Translations under genes and position numbers: made by a program
NCBI GenBank assembly: GCA_036172245.1
Contig: JAYWIR010000021.1
Coordinates: 1,860,001 to 1,924,000, forward strand
Source of the DNA: Raillietiella orientalis
Lineage: Eukaryota
Direction of reading: 5' to 3'
Length of the DNA: 64,000 nt
The notes under the pieces: model-generated
What the model saw: the letters and a program-made list of their open reading frames with translations, nothing else
What the model was told of the DNA's origin: nothing
Databases searched by the model: none
Part shown: positions 1 to 13,028 of the stretch, piece after piece
How the letters are laid out: each line of letters opens with the position of its first letter
Numbering within the stretch: the stretch's first letter is position 1

Positions 1-3000
1 TGATCTCACTGAGACACAGCACGTGCATGGAGAATCATGCCAGCGCAGCATTTTTCCTAAGGTTCGGAAGCAATACCTCGGATGCTTGTGTTTCCCAATC
101 GCACTTGCAAGCTACCTGCAATTGTGAGAAACGCAGCCTGCTGTGTATAAGTATGATTTTCACACACACGAGGAATGCACAAACGACGCCGAATCAACGA
201 TTTGCAATCAACTGAGTAAAATCGAGCATCTCGCGTTCGCATATGGTCCATCCGCTTTCTTCCTCATGTTCATGCGCTGGTTACTTTTGGCTCTCCCATT
301 TCCAAGTGTTCCACATATGTCTATAACTTTGTGCTTCACAGAGCCGCACGAGCAAGGATGGAGTGCTAAGATAACACGAAGCGAAAACAAACTAAAATTA
401 ACTTTCAGCAGCCCTTTTCAGTGCACCATCTGAGGTACCGAAGCTGCGCGGCCTTTCTTCCTCTCTTATCTCGTCGCCACCGTTTGTCTTCTCCTCGTGT
501 CAGGCACGATGGCGAAGGATGCGTCTGATGTTTGGATTTGGGATGGACTCTTCCTCTGGTCAAATACTGTCGCCCTTTCGGCGAATGTGGACCACGCCGT
601 GGTCCTTTCACAGGAGTGGGCGGTCTTTTCACCGCCTCTCCACTCGCTTGAATAAATGCGTTGAGATTTTTACGATTGTTTGAGAGAGTTTATGGCGTCC
701 AAAAAAGAGGAGTTTTGCGATGCTGCTCTCAAGATCTCGTTGAGTTCGCTAGGAGATTTCTCGGAGCAGTGGATTCTGGATGATTCAGGCATTCGAAGTT
801 GAATCCTCAACCGCCCCCTCAGCTCACTGCGGTGCGCTTCCTGATTTTAGAGAACGCCATCTCGATGCGCGCGCATTGCGTGTCCATCAGAAGGATGGAG
901 GACAATGCCATTCTAGTTCATCATCTGATAGATCTGTAGAACGGGGATTCGTTTCCGGGGTGACAGGAAACCAGAATTCGTTTTCCGGCCCGTCTCTGAG
1001 ACATTTACGACGTGGAACGCAAATACCACCAGAATATCGCTTCTCGGCCTTTTGGTTGAGATCAAAGAGTAAAGTAAAATGCTACGCTGCATTTTGTTCT
1101 TTCTGCTGCTCTTTCACTTTCCACTCTGGACGCTCTTTCCGAGATCCGATGGGGGAGGATTAAGATCTGTGGTTTCAATTCTTGTGCCCTCCTACTAATC
1201 TCGAATGTCCTTGTGGATGGGCATCCTTCCATCAATGTGATGCTGCCACTTGCGCGGATGTTTCGGTCCACCGTTCGTGCTTCCGCGATGAATTGACAGG
1301 GATGGTTGATCACTGACACGTGGGACGAATCTCCCTCAAGAGAATTTGTTGCAGCGATCGTATGCTCCCAGATTGGTATGTCCTGGATCTGGTCCGCGAA
1401 TCTTTTGCGTGGGGAAGATAACAAAAGCAGGGAATTCAATGCAGTCAGTCTTTTTCCTTTGTGAGCAGCAGCGGAGAGATTACGAAGAGTCGGTTTGAAT
1501 TTGCGGGCTTAGGCATGGCTCGTGGAAGACTTTGTGCTGCTCTTGGAGTTGTCACCAAGGAGTCTCTGTTCTTCCGCAACACCCGGCGTCAGCCATTCGC
1601 TCGGACTTCGATGACCCGTTTTTTAAAGGATAACTGGGAAGCAATCTTTAAACGCTCTTTTCCTGACAAACAGCATGTGCATGCAAGTCCTGATGAGAAT
1701 CCGTTTCCTTGGCTACGCTGCTTCAAGACAGAATCGCACAGGATGATGAATGAGTTCTAGCCGTTGCTGACGCGATTTCTTCTTGCTCTCATGAGTTACC
1801 TGGTGCAATCTCCGTTCGTTCGCGAACTGGATTCCAGTGGGTTCTAATTCTTTTTTTTCTTCCTTTCTCTTGGAAGCTGGGCATAATTCGCATTCCAGGA
1901 AAAATGTGCCATCAGATTATCATTCGTGATGGTAACATCATAACATCCCAATACGGAAAGTCTTCCTTGGATTGGCTTCCATCCTGGCCGTCTGCGGATA
2001 CCGCCATCATCTTGCATCCAGACGTTCCAGTTCTTTAGGTGATAGCGTCTTCCTCTTCCAGCATTCTATCCGATGGAATTTTTGGAAAAACATGAGCGTG
2101 ATCTAATGATGACGATGCCTCTTTCTGGATATGACAGAGCAGCAGACGGGATGTTTTCAGTCTCAAGATGAAGAGACGCTTGGTCTTAGCAAGATTTCTA
2201 TATTGACTTGGTTGCTCAACAACTTGCAAAGTCTTCTTGCGAAGCCCGACCGCCTCTTTGTGAAAGAGCATCTTCTGAAAATTCTGCTGAGTATCGAGAG
2301 GACTTCATGATTGGGTCCGGGAGAGGAATCTCTCTTCAACAGAAAGTAGACTCCTTTGAAATCTGTTATTCTAGAGAACAAATGGTTTCCTTAATGCACT
2401 CGTGCTAAAGTATTTGATGCGGAATGGCCTGAGAAGTGTGTCACAAATGGAAATGCAGCCGGCCTTCAGCATCGGCGGTGCTCGCCATCTTCGAGTGAAT
2501 CGCAAACAAATCGTTATCTTCATGGATGCTATAAAGAGAAGGTATCAAGACGAAACAGCCAGAACAGGTCTTGAAAGTTAGATTTGTGCGTTCCGATCCC
2601 CAACTAATCTTCATAAGCTGAAACTGTTTACTGTTTTGGCAGAGGAAGAATCAATAGGCAAATAAGTGACCCTTGTCTTGCAAGGACGACCAAAAGGAAC
2701 AACAACAAAAGGAGAACACTTCGTAAATATCACAGATGTTAAATTTTTAGCAAAAATACCTTCTCGAAAGAATTCCTTGCTTATCTTGGAATTATTACAT
2801 CAGCCACGGCTCTTGCAGAGCCAAGGAAGCCACGCAAGACCACCATCAGAAATAATCTCCGAAACATCTTGAGACTGGTCAAGTCATGCCATCGAGGGCG
2901 ATCGGTTAAACGAACGGGCTGTGGGAAGCAGCTTTCGTCGGAAAAGCCAATTTCTTTACTCGCAAGCCTTTTGCGTAGAAGGATCGTAGAAGGTAAAAGG

Positions 3001-6000
3001 GCTTGTTAAGTCTACCCGCCTTTCCTTCGATGCTATCCTTAAGCTTTTTATGGATTCTAATGAATCAAATTCGACTAGTTGAGGAATCATTGAGGGAACA
3101 CCTTCTTCGAAACGGTGGCAGCGAACCCTGTCCGTTCTTGTACGATACGTGGCATTACATACTTGCTTTTGTGTGTGTGTATGTGTTTTCAATTCCAAAT
3201 GCAGATGGCACTCGAAGGTTTCGAACACGTAGATTTTCTTTACAGAATCACTCTTCTCAGCAAAGAACAGACCAGAAGAAGCGTGGAAAAACTCCCGCGA
3301 CCATTGACCGCGTCTCTTGAGCTTTCTCTACATCTTACAGCATGGATTCAAGGTCTCTGCATGCGAATGTTTCTTCTTCAGCAAGACAAAAGAAGCTCGT
3401 TGCGCTCATGGAGAAGACGTGAATCTATTTGCCGAGTGCCAGCTCGTGTTCCCTCGCTCGTAGAGAATTTCTCCCATCTCGCGAGCAGCACGAGTTGCTC
3501 CTCCTGTCTCCTGTCTTACGTCTGCGCTCACTTCGAGTACGCTCCAGCCATCTTAGAGGGGAGTTGACCCTTTCCTGCCTTTCTTTGCCACCTGGCTTTC
3601 GTGCCCGCACACCTGCTCGGAGGTGAGGGGGCACGGCAGGTGCCGGGAATCCGAGAAAGAGCCACAAACGTTCTGCCCTACCCTCCATGGAGAATTCTTC
3701 TCGAGCCCTTCTTCGCCAGCTTGCGGGCAGTCTCCATCAAAGGATTCTTTTGCTGCAGGATTTTTACCGCCAGAGCTCACTCATGCCACAGCCGCAATTG
3801 TCATTTCCGATGATCTAGTTGTCTTGTTTGGGAAGGGGTCACCACGGGAGAAAGGCACACCACGTGCCTCACGACGACCTACTTCCACAGAGAAGCAATT
3901 AACACGAATATCTCTGTCTCAATCCTTAGGGTTTCTTCGACGTCATAACACTGCAGTCAGCCCTCCTGTGCTCCGATCAATGGGATACTGCCGATCTGAA
4001 ACGTCTCGGTAATCTTCAGCTGTCTCCAGCTTAATCCAATCCTCAACGATAAATCGCAAGATTCCTCCAGTCATTGCTAGCGGCGATAAAATGGGCAAAG
4101 TCACGGAATACAACGTCAGGTGTTCTCACGTACAGCGCCCGCACATCACGTAGGACCAGTAGGACCAATGACAAATACAAAAGTCGGGTGTAAATGAACA
4201 TCCTATCATGGAGAGATCGCTGGAATCGTCTTTTTCTGTCCATGTCCATGGCAAGGATCCACAAAACCCGAGAACAAAATGCCACATGAAATCCCCAAAC
4301 GAGATATTTCAAACAGCAGCCATCTTGGGTTTGAGGAATCCATCTCGAATGACTCAACGGAACTTCCTTCCGCCCATTTATTATTTTGAGAAGTACTTTA
4401 CAAATATGCAAAAAATAAGTAAACTGGTTGGTTCTGTCGATCCTCATTTTCTTGGGCTGAGACACTGTTCAGTCTCCATGTGCTAAAAGAGAAAGAATCT
4501 TTCTCTTTGCCACTGCTCCTTATTGCAGATTAGTGGCGTCATCTGGGGGATGTCGTAGACGGTGCGTTTCCAGTAGATGTCCCTACTGTACTGGATGCAT
4601 GAGGTCACCATCAAATGACTCATTGTATCCTCACACCGCTTCGGGATACCCCGATTGTACATTCCAAGCCATGTCTCGAAAAATCCTATCGTACTTTCCG
4701 TGCGTCCTTGCGTTTCCACTGTCACGAAGTAAAGTCCATGGCTACGAGCAAGCAATGGCACTTTGAGCCCGATCATGGCTCAAAGTGCAGGTTTTTCTTC
4801 CTTCTTGTATATCCACCTCATTTTTTGTTTTCTCTGAGCAGGTTGACGGACGCATCCTGTTGTACCTGTTGGTCGGTGTGGTCCATTAGTTGGAATTTTC
4901 TGCTCCCCAGGTATCTTCTCATGGACCACCTCTTCTTTTGAGCAAAGGGCTACCGAAGAACTATTCCTCTCGCACCATATCATAGGAGTGGGGAGGAATG
5001 TTACAGCTGCCAATTCTGCTGCCTGGGGCTGGGATCTCATTGGTCTTCATGACCCGACAAGAGACAAGATAGGTCTCGCTGGAAAGTATCCTTTCTCGTG
5101 CACCCTTTTCACAGCATTCTCCTTCAGATTCTCTGTGTTCGGATTTAAGAAAAATAGATGAGTGCTCCATAAAAATCCAAACGCTGCATCCGAAGGCAGA
5201 ACTGGATCTGTATCTCTCGCAGGACACTTCCAATGGAGGACGGTTTCGTGTATTGGGAAGCACTTCCACGGTTCCAAGCGTGCGGGGCAGCTGGGACCTA
5301 TTTTCCATCCTGCGTGCAGCGCAAAGCAGTCCGGTTGCAATGGGACGGCCAGTTCAAATGGAAAAGTACTAACAGTTTGCCCAGGGTCGCTGAGTGCACT
5401 CGGTCCCAGCTTCCGACCAAATGAACTGTGGCTCAACACTCCCGGTTGAGGTGCCAAAAAGCGCTTTTCCGGATAGAGCGTTTCCTAAAAGAGTGAACGA
5501 GGCAAAGAGTTTCAGCCCCGCGGATGCCTCTTCCCACTTCACATTCTTCTTCAGGCATCTTCCGTATTCTACAAGCTAACCTCCTGTCACGTCGAATGCT
5601 GCATACGTCTTTTGCTTTGATGAGATGTCAAGTAGCCTAAAGTCTCTCCCGACATCCCATTCCAAAAGCATCTCAGATCATGTGGTCAGCTATTGTAGCA
5701 CCTTTTTTCTGCGGAGGAGAAAAAGGAAGCGAAACAGCAAGGACAGAAGTGAGAGAAGATAACTCCAGCACTTTGCATCAGCACCGCGTCGATAGCACCT
5801 GGGATCCTGGCAAGCACTTTGGCTCTTGCAGGCAGGTGTCGCTTCCAGATTCCCTTCGTAAGGTCGCCATTACAATTGCAGCCGAATCACCTCTATGGAT
5901 TTTCCAATAGAAAGATGGCCAAAATAGCTGATGAGCCCATCCTCTCTACTGAATTCCATGAGGCCGCAGCAAATTCTCTGCAGCAGCGTTTCAGCGCTTC

Positions 6001-7079
6001 TCTGATGGAATCGTCAGGGCGCTCCAGGAAGTTTTACAGGGACGGAGGAGACATGCAGTGGAATGTTGTTAGTGGGTGCGGCATGCTCGTAGGACCGATT
6101 CCCTATTTTCATTGTTAAGAACGCCACCATGCAGGACTTTTCCTTGATTGTGGATCCCCTGCCGAAGGGCAGGCCGTGTTCGATGCACGCTTACAGACCA
6201 GGATAAACCAGGGAGCAGCGAGCCTGACAATCAGAGTGATGATGATTGATGTGTGGATGTTTGTCGATCCTTCAATTCGCATCTGTTGATTCTTCGCGAT
6301 GGATACGCCTATTCCGTGCCTGCTTCCTCACGAAGCTGAGGTCTTCGAGGTTTCCAACACTTGCAGGGAATCCCTTCGCATTTCGATCGCCACGAACGCA
6401 CGAGGACGTTTGTTCGTTCCCATGGCCGCTATCCCCCCCATGTTGCTGGAAACGTCCCACCGCGCTCCCGCCTGAGGAATTTTTGCGGGAATCGCCTCTT
6501 CGGCGGCAGTCGACGAGCAGAGCTTCGTCGTCGTCGTCTCCAACGGGGCTGGGTGACGTCTGAAATGACCGCGAACTGAGATGGAGCAGAACCGGGGAGC
6601 AGCCCGGCAGAGAAGCAGCGGGGTACTCGGGAGTGGAGGAAACGCCTGCTCTGCAAAAGAGAGGCCGGAACGGGAAAGTCCGGCAGAAGGGAGATGGGGC
6701 TCGCGGGTTTGAAAATGACCAGCTTGCCGTTCTCGGCCGTCCGACCCGAAGGAGCGCGAGCGAGAATGCTCCCCCTGTGAAGGGAGAATGCCGGAAGGCA
6801 AACATAAGCGCCCCCGTGCCACCTGTCCGTTGCTGAGGGGATGAAAAGTCTTGGTCTGCTTAAGGAAGACAGATCAGAAGATCGGAAGGAGGCGGGACCC
6901 GAGCAGGCTCACAGAGTTCTTCTCTCTGCAGGAAACGGTCTTCTGCTTGCCCTTGGCATCCCTCAGTCGGGAGCTTAGAGGGTTCGCGATCTTCTGGCAG
7001 AAGTGACGTTCTCTATCCTGAATCCCTTCGCTTTGCCCGTGGAATTCAGCGCTTGCGGTCCAATCCAAAAGGGCGCTAT

Positions 7080-7400
7080 CCGAGGTGTGCCGATAAGAGC
7101 GGGGGAAGAGTCCGAGTCGAAGTGCTGGCGTCTCAAGAGCAGCTCACATGAGAGGTGTTGAGCACCGTTGGATGCTGGGACGAGGGAGGATGGAGGGACA
7201 ACGGCTCGCCGCGCGAAAATCCTGGGACCTGATAGGAAATGGGAAATCGCGGAGGTGCGCAAAGGAAGAGAGACCTGGCTCAAGACACTCACTCAGGTCC
7301 AGGTGAAGATCAATGGAAGACCGAAGATGAACGTGATGAATGTAAGATGCCGACACGGGAGGAGGTTTTTTTCTTTCCTCAAATGGGGAACGACGAACTC
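7080..7400 (+). mobile_element. Possible decayed Ty3/gypsy gag zinc-knuckle and protease fragment
   Basis: KCWRLKSSSHERC resembles a degenerate CCHC knuckle. It is followed by VQVKINGRP and a frameshifted ADTG, resembling a retroviral aspartic protease. Stops and frameshifts are present. Confidence 0.3.
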
Positions 7401-9559
7401 TGGCTGAAACATCGTGCTGGAAGGGCAGGAAGGTGCGATGAGAAAAGCTGGACCGGAGATCTCATTTTCTCCCCGGAGGCAACGAGGGTCCGTCGGGAAG
7501 GAAAGGAGCAAGGTCCGTCTCCTGAAAGGACGCTGTAATCTTGAACAGAGCCACCTCTTTTGTGGGAAGGATTCTTGAGGACGAAGATTCTTCCTCCGCG
7601 TTCCTGTTCGGAAGCCTCCTATGTAGGGTCTGTGGACCGCTCTCCATGAGTGGAGGGGGCTGCTGTGGAGGACAGAAGCAGGGAGGATGAAAATGGACCA
7701 GCATCCGTGTGCGTGAAATGCGGAAAATGCGATCAGCAAGCCGGCATCTCCGACTGCCTGCTAGAAAGGGTGGTCCGTCTGCTGAGAAAGGGGTACGCCT
7801 CACGCGCCGCGATTTCCCAGGGCGCTGACTGGCACGGGAAGCAGCAGCAAAGCAAAGAACGGAGGGCTGTCTCGGAAGGTGCTGGGCGGTGGAGGACTAC
7901 TAGGACCGCGCCGACTCGCCCGAGCCATGTCGTCCGGATGGCGGCGCCATACAGCGTCCTGGGCTGTTTCAGCGAGGCACCCCCTCCCTCCCGGACCCGC
8001 GTTCACACCCGCTTCCGCCTGACCACTTTCACCTTTGTTTGGGTAGGCGCTCGATGGCAGTGTTTGCAGCGTGGTCAGCGCCTCAAAGTGCGAGCACAGA
8101 GCTCCCGCGCCTCCCTGGAAACAATCGCCTCCTCCATTTCACTTTCCTTCCGCTTCTTCTGTCTTGTGGCTGCCCGCCGAAGGTATGAAAAATGCCCGGG
8201 TTGCCACGGGTTTTGACTTATGGAGGATGAGGCCCAGACGGAACGCACCTGCGACTGGAGAGGCGGGTTCCCTTTTCGCCACGACGCCTCGTCAACAAAG
8301 TCGTTTGTTCTCCTTCCGAGTGCAAGCTCGGGGAGACGTCGGACTGTTGCTTCGTGGACCGCGTCCAACCCCCCGAACCGGTCCGAAGAGCCCTGTGCCC
8401 GCCGTTTGATAATTGGCAACTTCAAGTATAGGATGCGCGGTTCGCCTTCTGATTCGGGAAGTTTCTCTGGAGGAGAGGATGGGAGGGGGGGGAATCCAGA
8501 CGAAAAGACCGGGCACTGTTCACACGGCGTCGAGTCGTGACCGAAGGACAGCTCCCCATCGCACCGGCTCTTCAGCGGCAGCGTTCGACGGAGTTCATCT
8601 TGACAAAGCGGAAGCTGACCTCGGGGCGGTGGCCCAATCCTACGTTCCTAACAAGAAAGAATCTTCAGGTGCTCTTCCGTGTTTACTTCCTGAAGCGCCG
8701 TCTGCTTACATCCTTTTCCTTTTTTTTTTTCTTCTGCAGCAGCTATCCGCCGTTCTCTGGACCTCTACTCCATCAACCTTTCGAACTGCTTATCGAGCCT
8801 CCTCAGGACCGCACTTTCTAGCGGACCCTCGTCATCGCTCCGCTCCGGAACCAAACTGCGACCTGCCGGGAACCGGGAGGGGAGGCGACAAAGCAATTCC
8901 TCCTCGAGTTCCGAGGGAGAGAGACAGCGGAGTTTCGTCTGATCGGTGAGAAGTACACAGGTAAAGGCATCCCTTGAGGAACATCCGAGGGACCTCTGCT
9001 GAGAAAAAAGGCAGCAGGAGCAGCAGCAACGAGAACTTCGTTTGCCTCATTGGAATGCGTCTCGATCCCTGAAGTGCTGGCCTGTTCCCAGGAGCACTCA
9101 TACACAGAGGCTCAAGAACGGACGCCGGCTCGTCCGATCAGCAGGTGGAGGGCGTCCAGTTACGTGACAAAGTGCTGAATTTGTTTCTCGCCTTTGAGCA
9201 GCCCTAAATTAGGGGATTCCTCCCCCCCCTTCCGAAGTTGCAGGAAGAAAGCGCCATCGCAAAATGGCGGTGCTGAACAGTCACCTCACTCTTCATCCAG
9301 CTTTGGTTTCTTGCACTGAGAAGATGGACGACGCATCGCGCGCTACTCGTGGGCAGTCTTCACTGCTGGGAACGCCTACTCAGCGTCTCCAAGAGCGACG
9401 CTTGAAAGACTGTCGCCTTCTGAGAGTGTTCCAGTCTCTCTGGAAACCATCCCCTCAAGGGAAAGTGCTTCCGTGGGAGCCGCGACGGATGAACGTTTCC
9501 TGGACTCCCGCATTCCCTGAAAATCTGCGAATTCGATCACCTCGTCCCGATGGGGCACC

Positions 9560-10450
9560 TGACCCACCGGGGTCCCCCCCACTTTGCACGCTCAGCGACA
9601 GCCTGCTGAGCGACGGCGGACGCTGCTGAGATCTCGTGTCGAGATCTTGGCGGATTGCGATAACCCTGGATGTCGATCACGACATCCAGTTTGTACGCAC
9701 AACGCTGTACAGACATCCCATGAAATTGAAACCAAAAATAGCCCTCCTCGCATGGCATGGGTATTCCGGATATCCATTATTCGGTTGAATAAATTCATGC
9801 GCATTCATCTGCCACCCTATAAGATGCTTGCAATTGTGCCTCTGAGCGGGAGCGACCTGTAGATGCGCATATTATGATGACACAGAAGTGTACGCGATGT
9901 CAGTAAAACACACTCTGTAACACGGCGCGCGGGCAACCGGTAAACGGAATAGCCAAATGTGCTCCGGGAAGGTGGTCCAGAATCGAGAGGGCAGTTTGGG
10001 CGTTGGCACGCACCATTTCATGGAGAGACGAACTGTGAAATGATCTCGAGCTGAAGGGTTGCCGAAGAGTTTTCAGTTCTTCATCTGGTGGTCGGAATCC
10101 GCTTTCGGGTCTGCTTGCGCGGTCCGGGCCGCGTCCCGCTGTACACAAACCACACCCAAATCCCGTTGCCGCGGAGCTGGCGTCCGCGTTCCTGGTCGCG
10201 ATGACGGCCAGTCGTACAAACTCCCTGCCCGCGACGCGGCGAACGCGAAGGCATTGGAAGACATCGGAGAGGCCGAACGAAGGCTCGCAAATCAATTCTG
10301 CCACACCATCTCGACGTCGCGAACTGCCGGAGCGGAAACGGAAGGGCGGTTCCGTGCACTTCAGCACTCCCTCGCGTTCCTGCCAGCTCCCTCCTTCGTC
10401 CCCTTTGGTTTCGGATGCTTCTCGCTTTTTCGGAGAAACCTCCTGGCAAT
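9560..10450 (+). mobile_element. Possible decayed PIF/Harbinger transposase (DDE_Tnp_4-like)
   Basis: Frameshifted fragments fall in the expected order: LLRSRVEILA (cf. LLxTLRxLA), VVGIRFRVCLRGPG (cf. RFxxVxARWPG), FLVA/DDG..YKLP (cf. LGDSGYPL), AERR...GRFRAL (cf. ExxFN...LKGRFRxL). Confidence 0.35.
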
Positions 10451-11399
10451 TTTGGCCTCCTTCTGACGCCAGGATGCAGAGTCGGCGAGTTTGCCCTTCC
10501 GGGGCTGCTGGCAGCGACCCACCCTGGATTTTGCAGAGGAAATGAAGTGGAGAGATCGATTTTTTTTTTTTTTTTTTTTTACCCCACAAGTCCCCGGAGT
10601 GCGTACACTTCTTAGGGTGGATTCAAGCTGGATTTTTTTTCAGGCCGTTTGGGGCGATTTCCATTTCAATGGGTTTTCGGAAAATCCACCACCGAGGCTC
10701 TGCCCTGGAAATACCCGACAAGCGTGCATCATTTAACACGTCTGTTCGTTTTCCCTGCTTTCGGCATTCTTCCGACGGTCGCACGGTTTCAAGAGGACCT
10801 CAGGGTGCCTGTTCGGACAAAAAGCGGTAGCGGACCAGTTGTGTTTATTTTTACGAAGATGAGAACTATTTCTGCTCATTCTGTTTCATCAGTGGTTTTA
10901 TGGTTAGGACTCTCGGATGCCATGTCAGAACGGCCGCATCAAATTTCGCTCCCCAGCCAACAAATCCCTTGCAACCTATTCCGACGAATCCAGACTCCAT
11001 ACTGATATGTTCCATGCCGATGTAATAATACGTAGCTTGACGTATAATGGTGAACCTACAAACTGATTTACGTCTTTGGGAGTTGACTGCTGAACAGTGC
11101 AAGATTAAGATGGCATGGCTCTTAGCGCAAAAGAAACCTCTTAGCAACCAGGTCAAAATCACGCAGTGCTTGGAAGAAGACTTTTTTAGTCGTAGTTCTT
11201 TCTAAATTTTTGAAATGGCTGTGTTTCGTCCTTCCAAACCGAAATGCTCCCCGAAGAACTTTTTCGCCGGTGCCCCCTTGAAAAACTGGGCGGTCGCACG
11301 GCTGGCAAGCCCCAGGAAGCCACTTTTGGCTACTTTAAGAGCGGCCTCATGAAGGAGAACTCTTTCTTATCTGTGACTGCCATCCTCTAATCTTACTGG

Positions 11400-12150
11400 A
11401 ATTTCACCTTTTGGATGAAATGTTCGCAGCGATGTTTCAGCGATATGGGATTGAAGATAATGAAAAATTCTTCAGAGTTTATCTGCATTCTCACGAAAGC
11501 CACTGGGGTGGTATGGACCTACGTCAGGCACGCACGCCGTCACCCGGGTCATTAAGACAGTCTTTGCTGCACGAGACCTTGCAAATAAAAGTTCGCAAAG
11601 AAAGTGTTGTGCTTCCAGAGGAAAATATGGATGATTCCTATACACTGATGCGAAGGGAAACCGAATCGTGAAAGAATGACACGAGCAAGGAGACCTCCAG
11701 GGCGCTTCATTGCATCTTGCGTCGATCTTCAGAACAGTGCCGAGATGTAGCCACAATTCTCAACCTCTCAACACCCATCCAAGTAACTGAATCATCCTTG
11801 ACCTGATAAAGTAAAACATCCGAAGTGCTTCGGAACTTCCATTCGCACGAATTTTCAACGGGAGGCGTCCCTCGCATAATCCCCATGGTGATCCATCACT
11901 CTTCTTCGTCTGCTTTTCCGAAAAAAGCTTGCGGCTACTCGGGAATCCCTGGAAAGAAGCGTCAGCGCCCTGACGCGGAAGACTCGGTTTGCTATTTTGC
12001 TGCTGATTTTCAACATTCACACGAATCTCGAGTACGGAGGAAATGGGTCGTCCCAGCAACGGAAGATTCAGAATGGTTGGACTCGGACGGAGGCCCACTC
12101 GTATGGATCCACACCATGGCATCTAAATCACGTCGTGATGTGACCTAACG
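11400..12150 (+). mobile_element. Decayed Ty3/gypsy-type gag remnant
   Basis: Contains FAAMFQRYGIEDNEKF, LPEENMDDSYTLMRRETES (cf. QxPGESxDxYxTxLRxLAExC) and a degenerate double knuckle ACGYSG..KKRQRP...VCYF....H. Interrupted by stops. Confidence 0.5.
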
Positions 12151-12627
12151 TCTGTTGGGGCGTATCCCATGATTTTCCCCGTCTGCTTGCTCTGTGCTCG
12201 ATGGGAGCTGAGCGTCGCGGAGGCATGGGATGATTTCCCAGCAAGTGGAGGCTGATGAGAAATCTTAGATATGGAACTGCGCGGCTGGTATCGGAAAGGT
12301 CTCTGCCTCCACACTTTCCGAAATAGGTTCTCCTGGAGGACCGCGGTCGGAAGTTCGAGGCAACAAAGAGCCTGTGATCAAAATCCATCCTTCTTCATAG
12401 GAGTGCCTTTACCCCAGTTCCCCTTGAGCGCGCGCGGCCGAAGAAGGTGGACCCGCTCTCATGCCTTGAGGACCCGCGCTCATGCCACCCTTGCGGTGTA
12501 GACAAATTATGGGTCGAGACGATTCGAAAGCGCGTTTTCGAAAAAACCATGGACGTTTGAGGAACTTTCCCTCTTTGCTGGAATCCGTTTTTGCAAGCAT
12601 TCCACATGGAATTTATAGTCTATAAAA

Positions 12628-12630
<3 letters not shown>

Positions 12631-12660
<30 letters not shown>
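12631..12660. repeat. (AC)15 microsatellite
   Basis: Read directly from the sequence. Confidence 0.95.
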
Positions 12661-12662
<2 letters not shown>

Positions 12663-12965
12663 TCTCTAAATTTCGTGATAAACACCATTTATTTATTACA
12701 TAAGTAGATGATGATGTTTAAGTGAGACAATGAAAGATACGAATGCACTTTTTCTCATGTTTTTTGCCCGCGTGATTTACAATTAGAAGTGGTCAACAAG
12801 CAACCTTGGTACTTCCGAGGAACAGCAATTCTGGGAGAAATCAAGAATCGACGGAAGTGTTGTCTTTCCGTCTCGAAGGTAAAAAAAAAGAAAAAAAAAC
12901 TTTCCAAGCCACAGCCTCCCGGTTTTTTGCTCTGTGTTTTCTACATTATTTGCACACATCGCGCG

Positions 12966-12973
12966 TATATAAG
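12966..12973 (+). promoter_or_regulatory. TATA box of the Tweedle gene
   Basis: TATATAAG lies about 60 nt upstream of the ATG at 13029. Confidence 0.75.
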
Positions 12974-13028
12974 GAATCGCGATTTTCCTGCGGTATTCCA
13001 GCCCACCGAAGTTTGGTCCTCATCAGAC

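Noticed and set aside
12801..12810. FTZ-F1-like site upstream of the Tweedle promoter
   Set aside because: Imperfect short match expected by chance.
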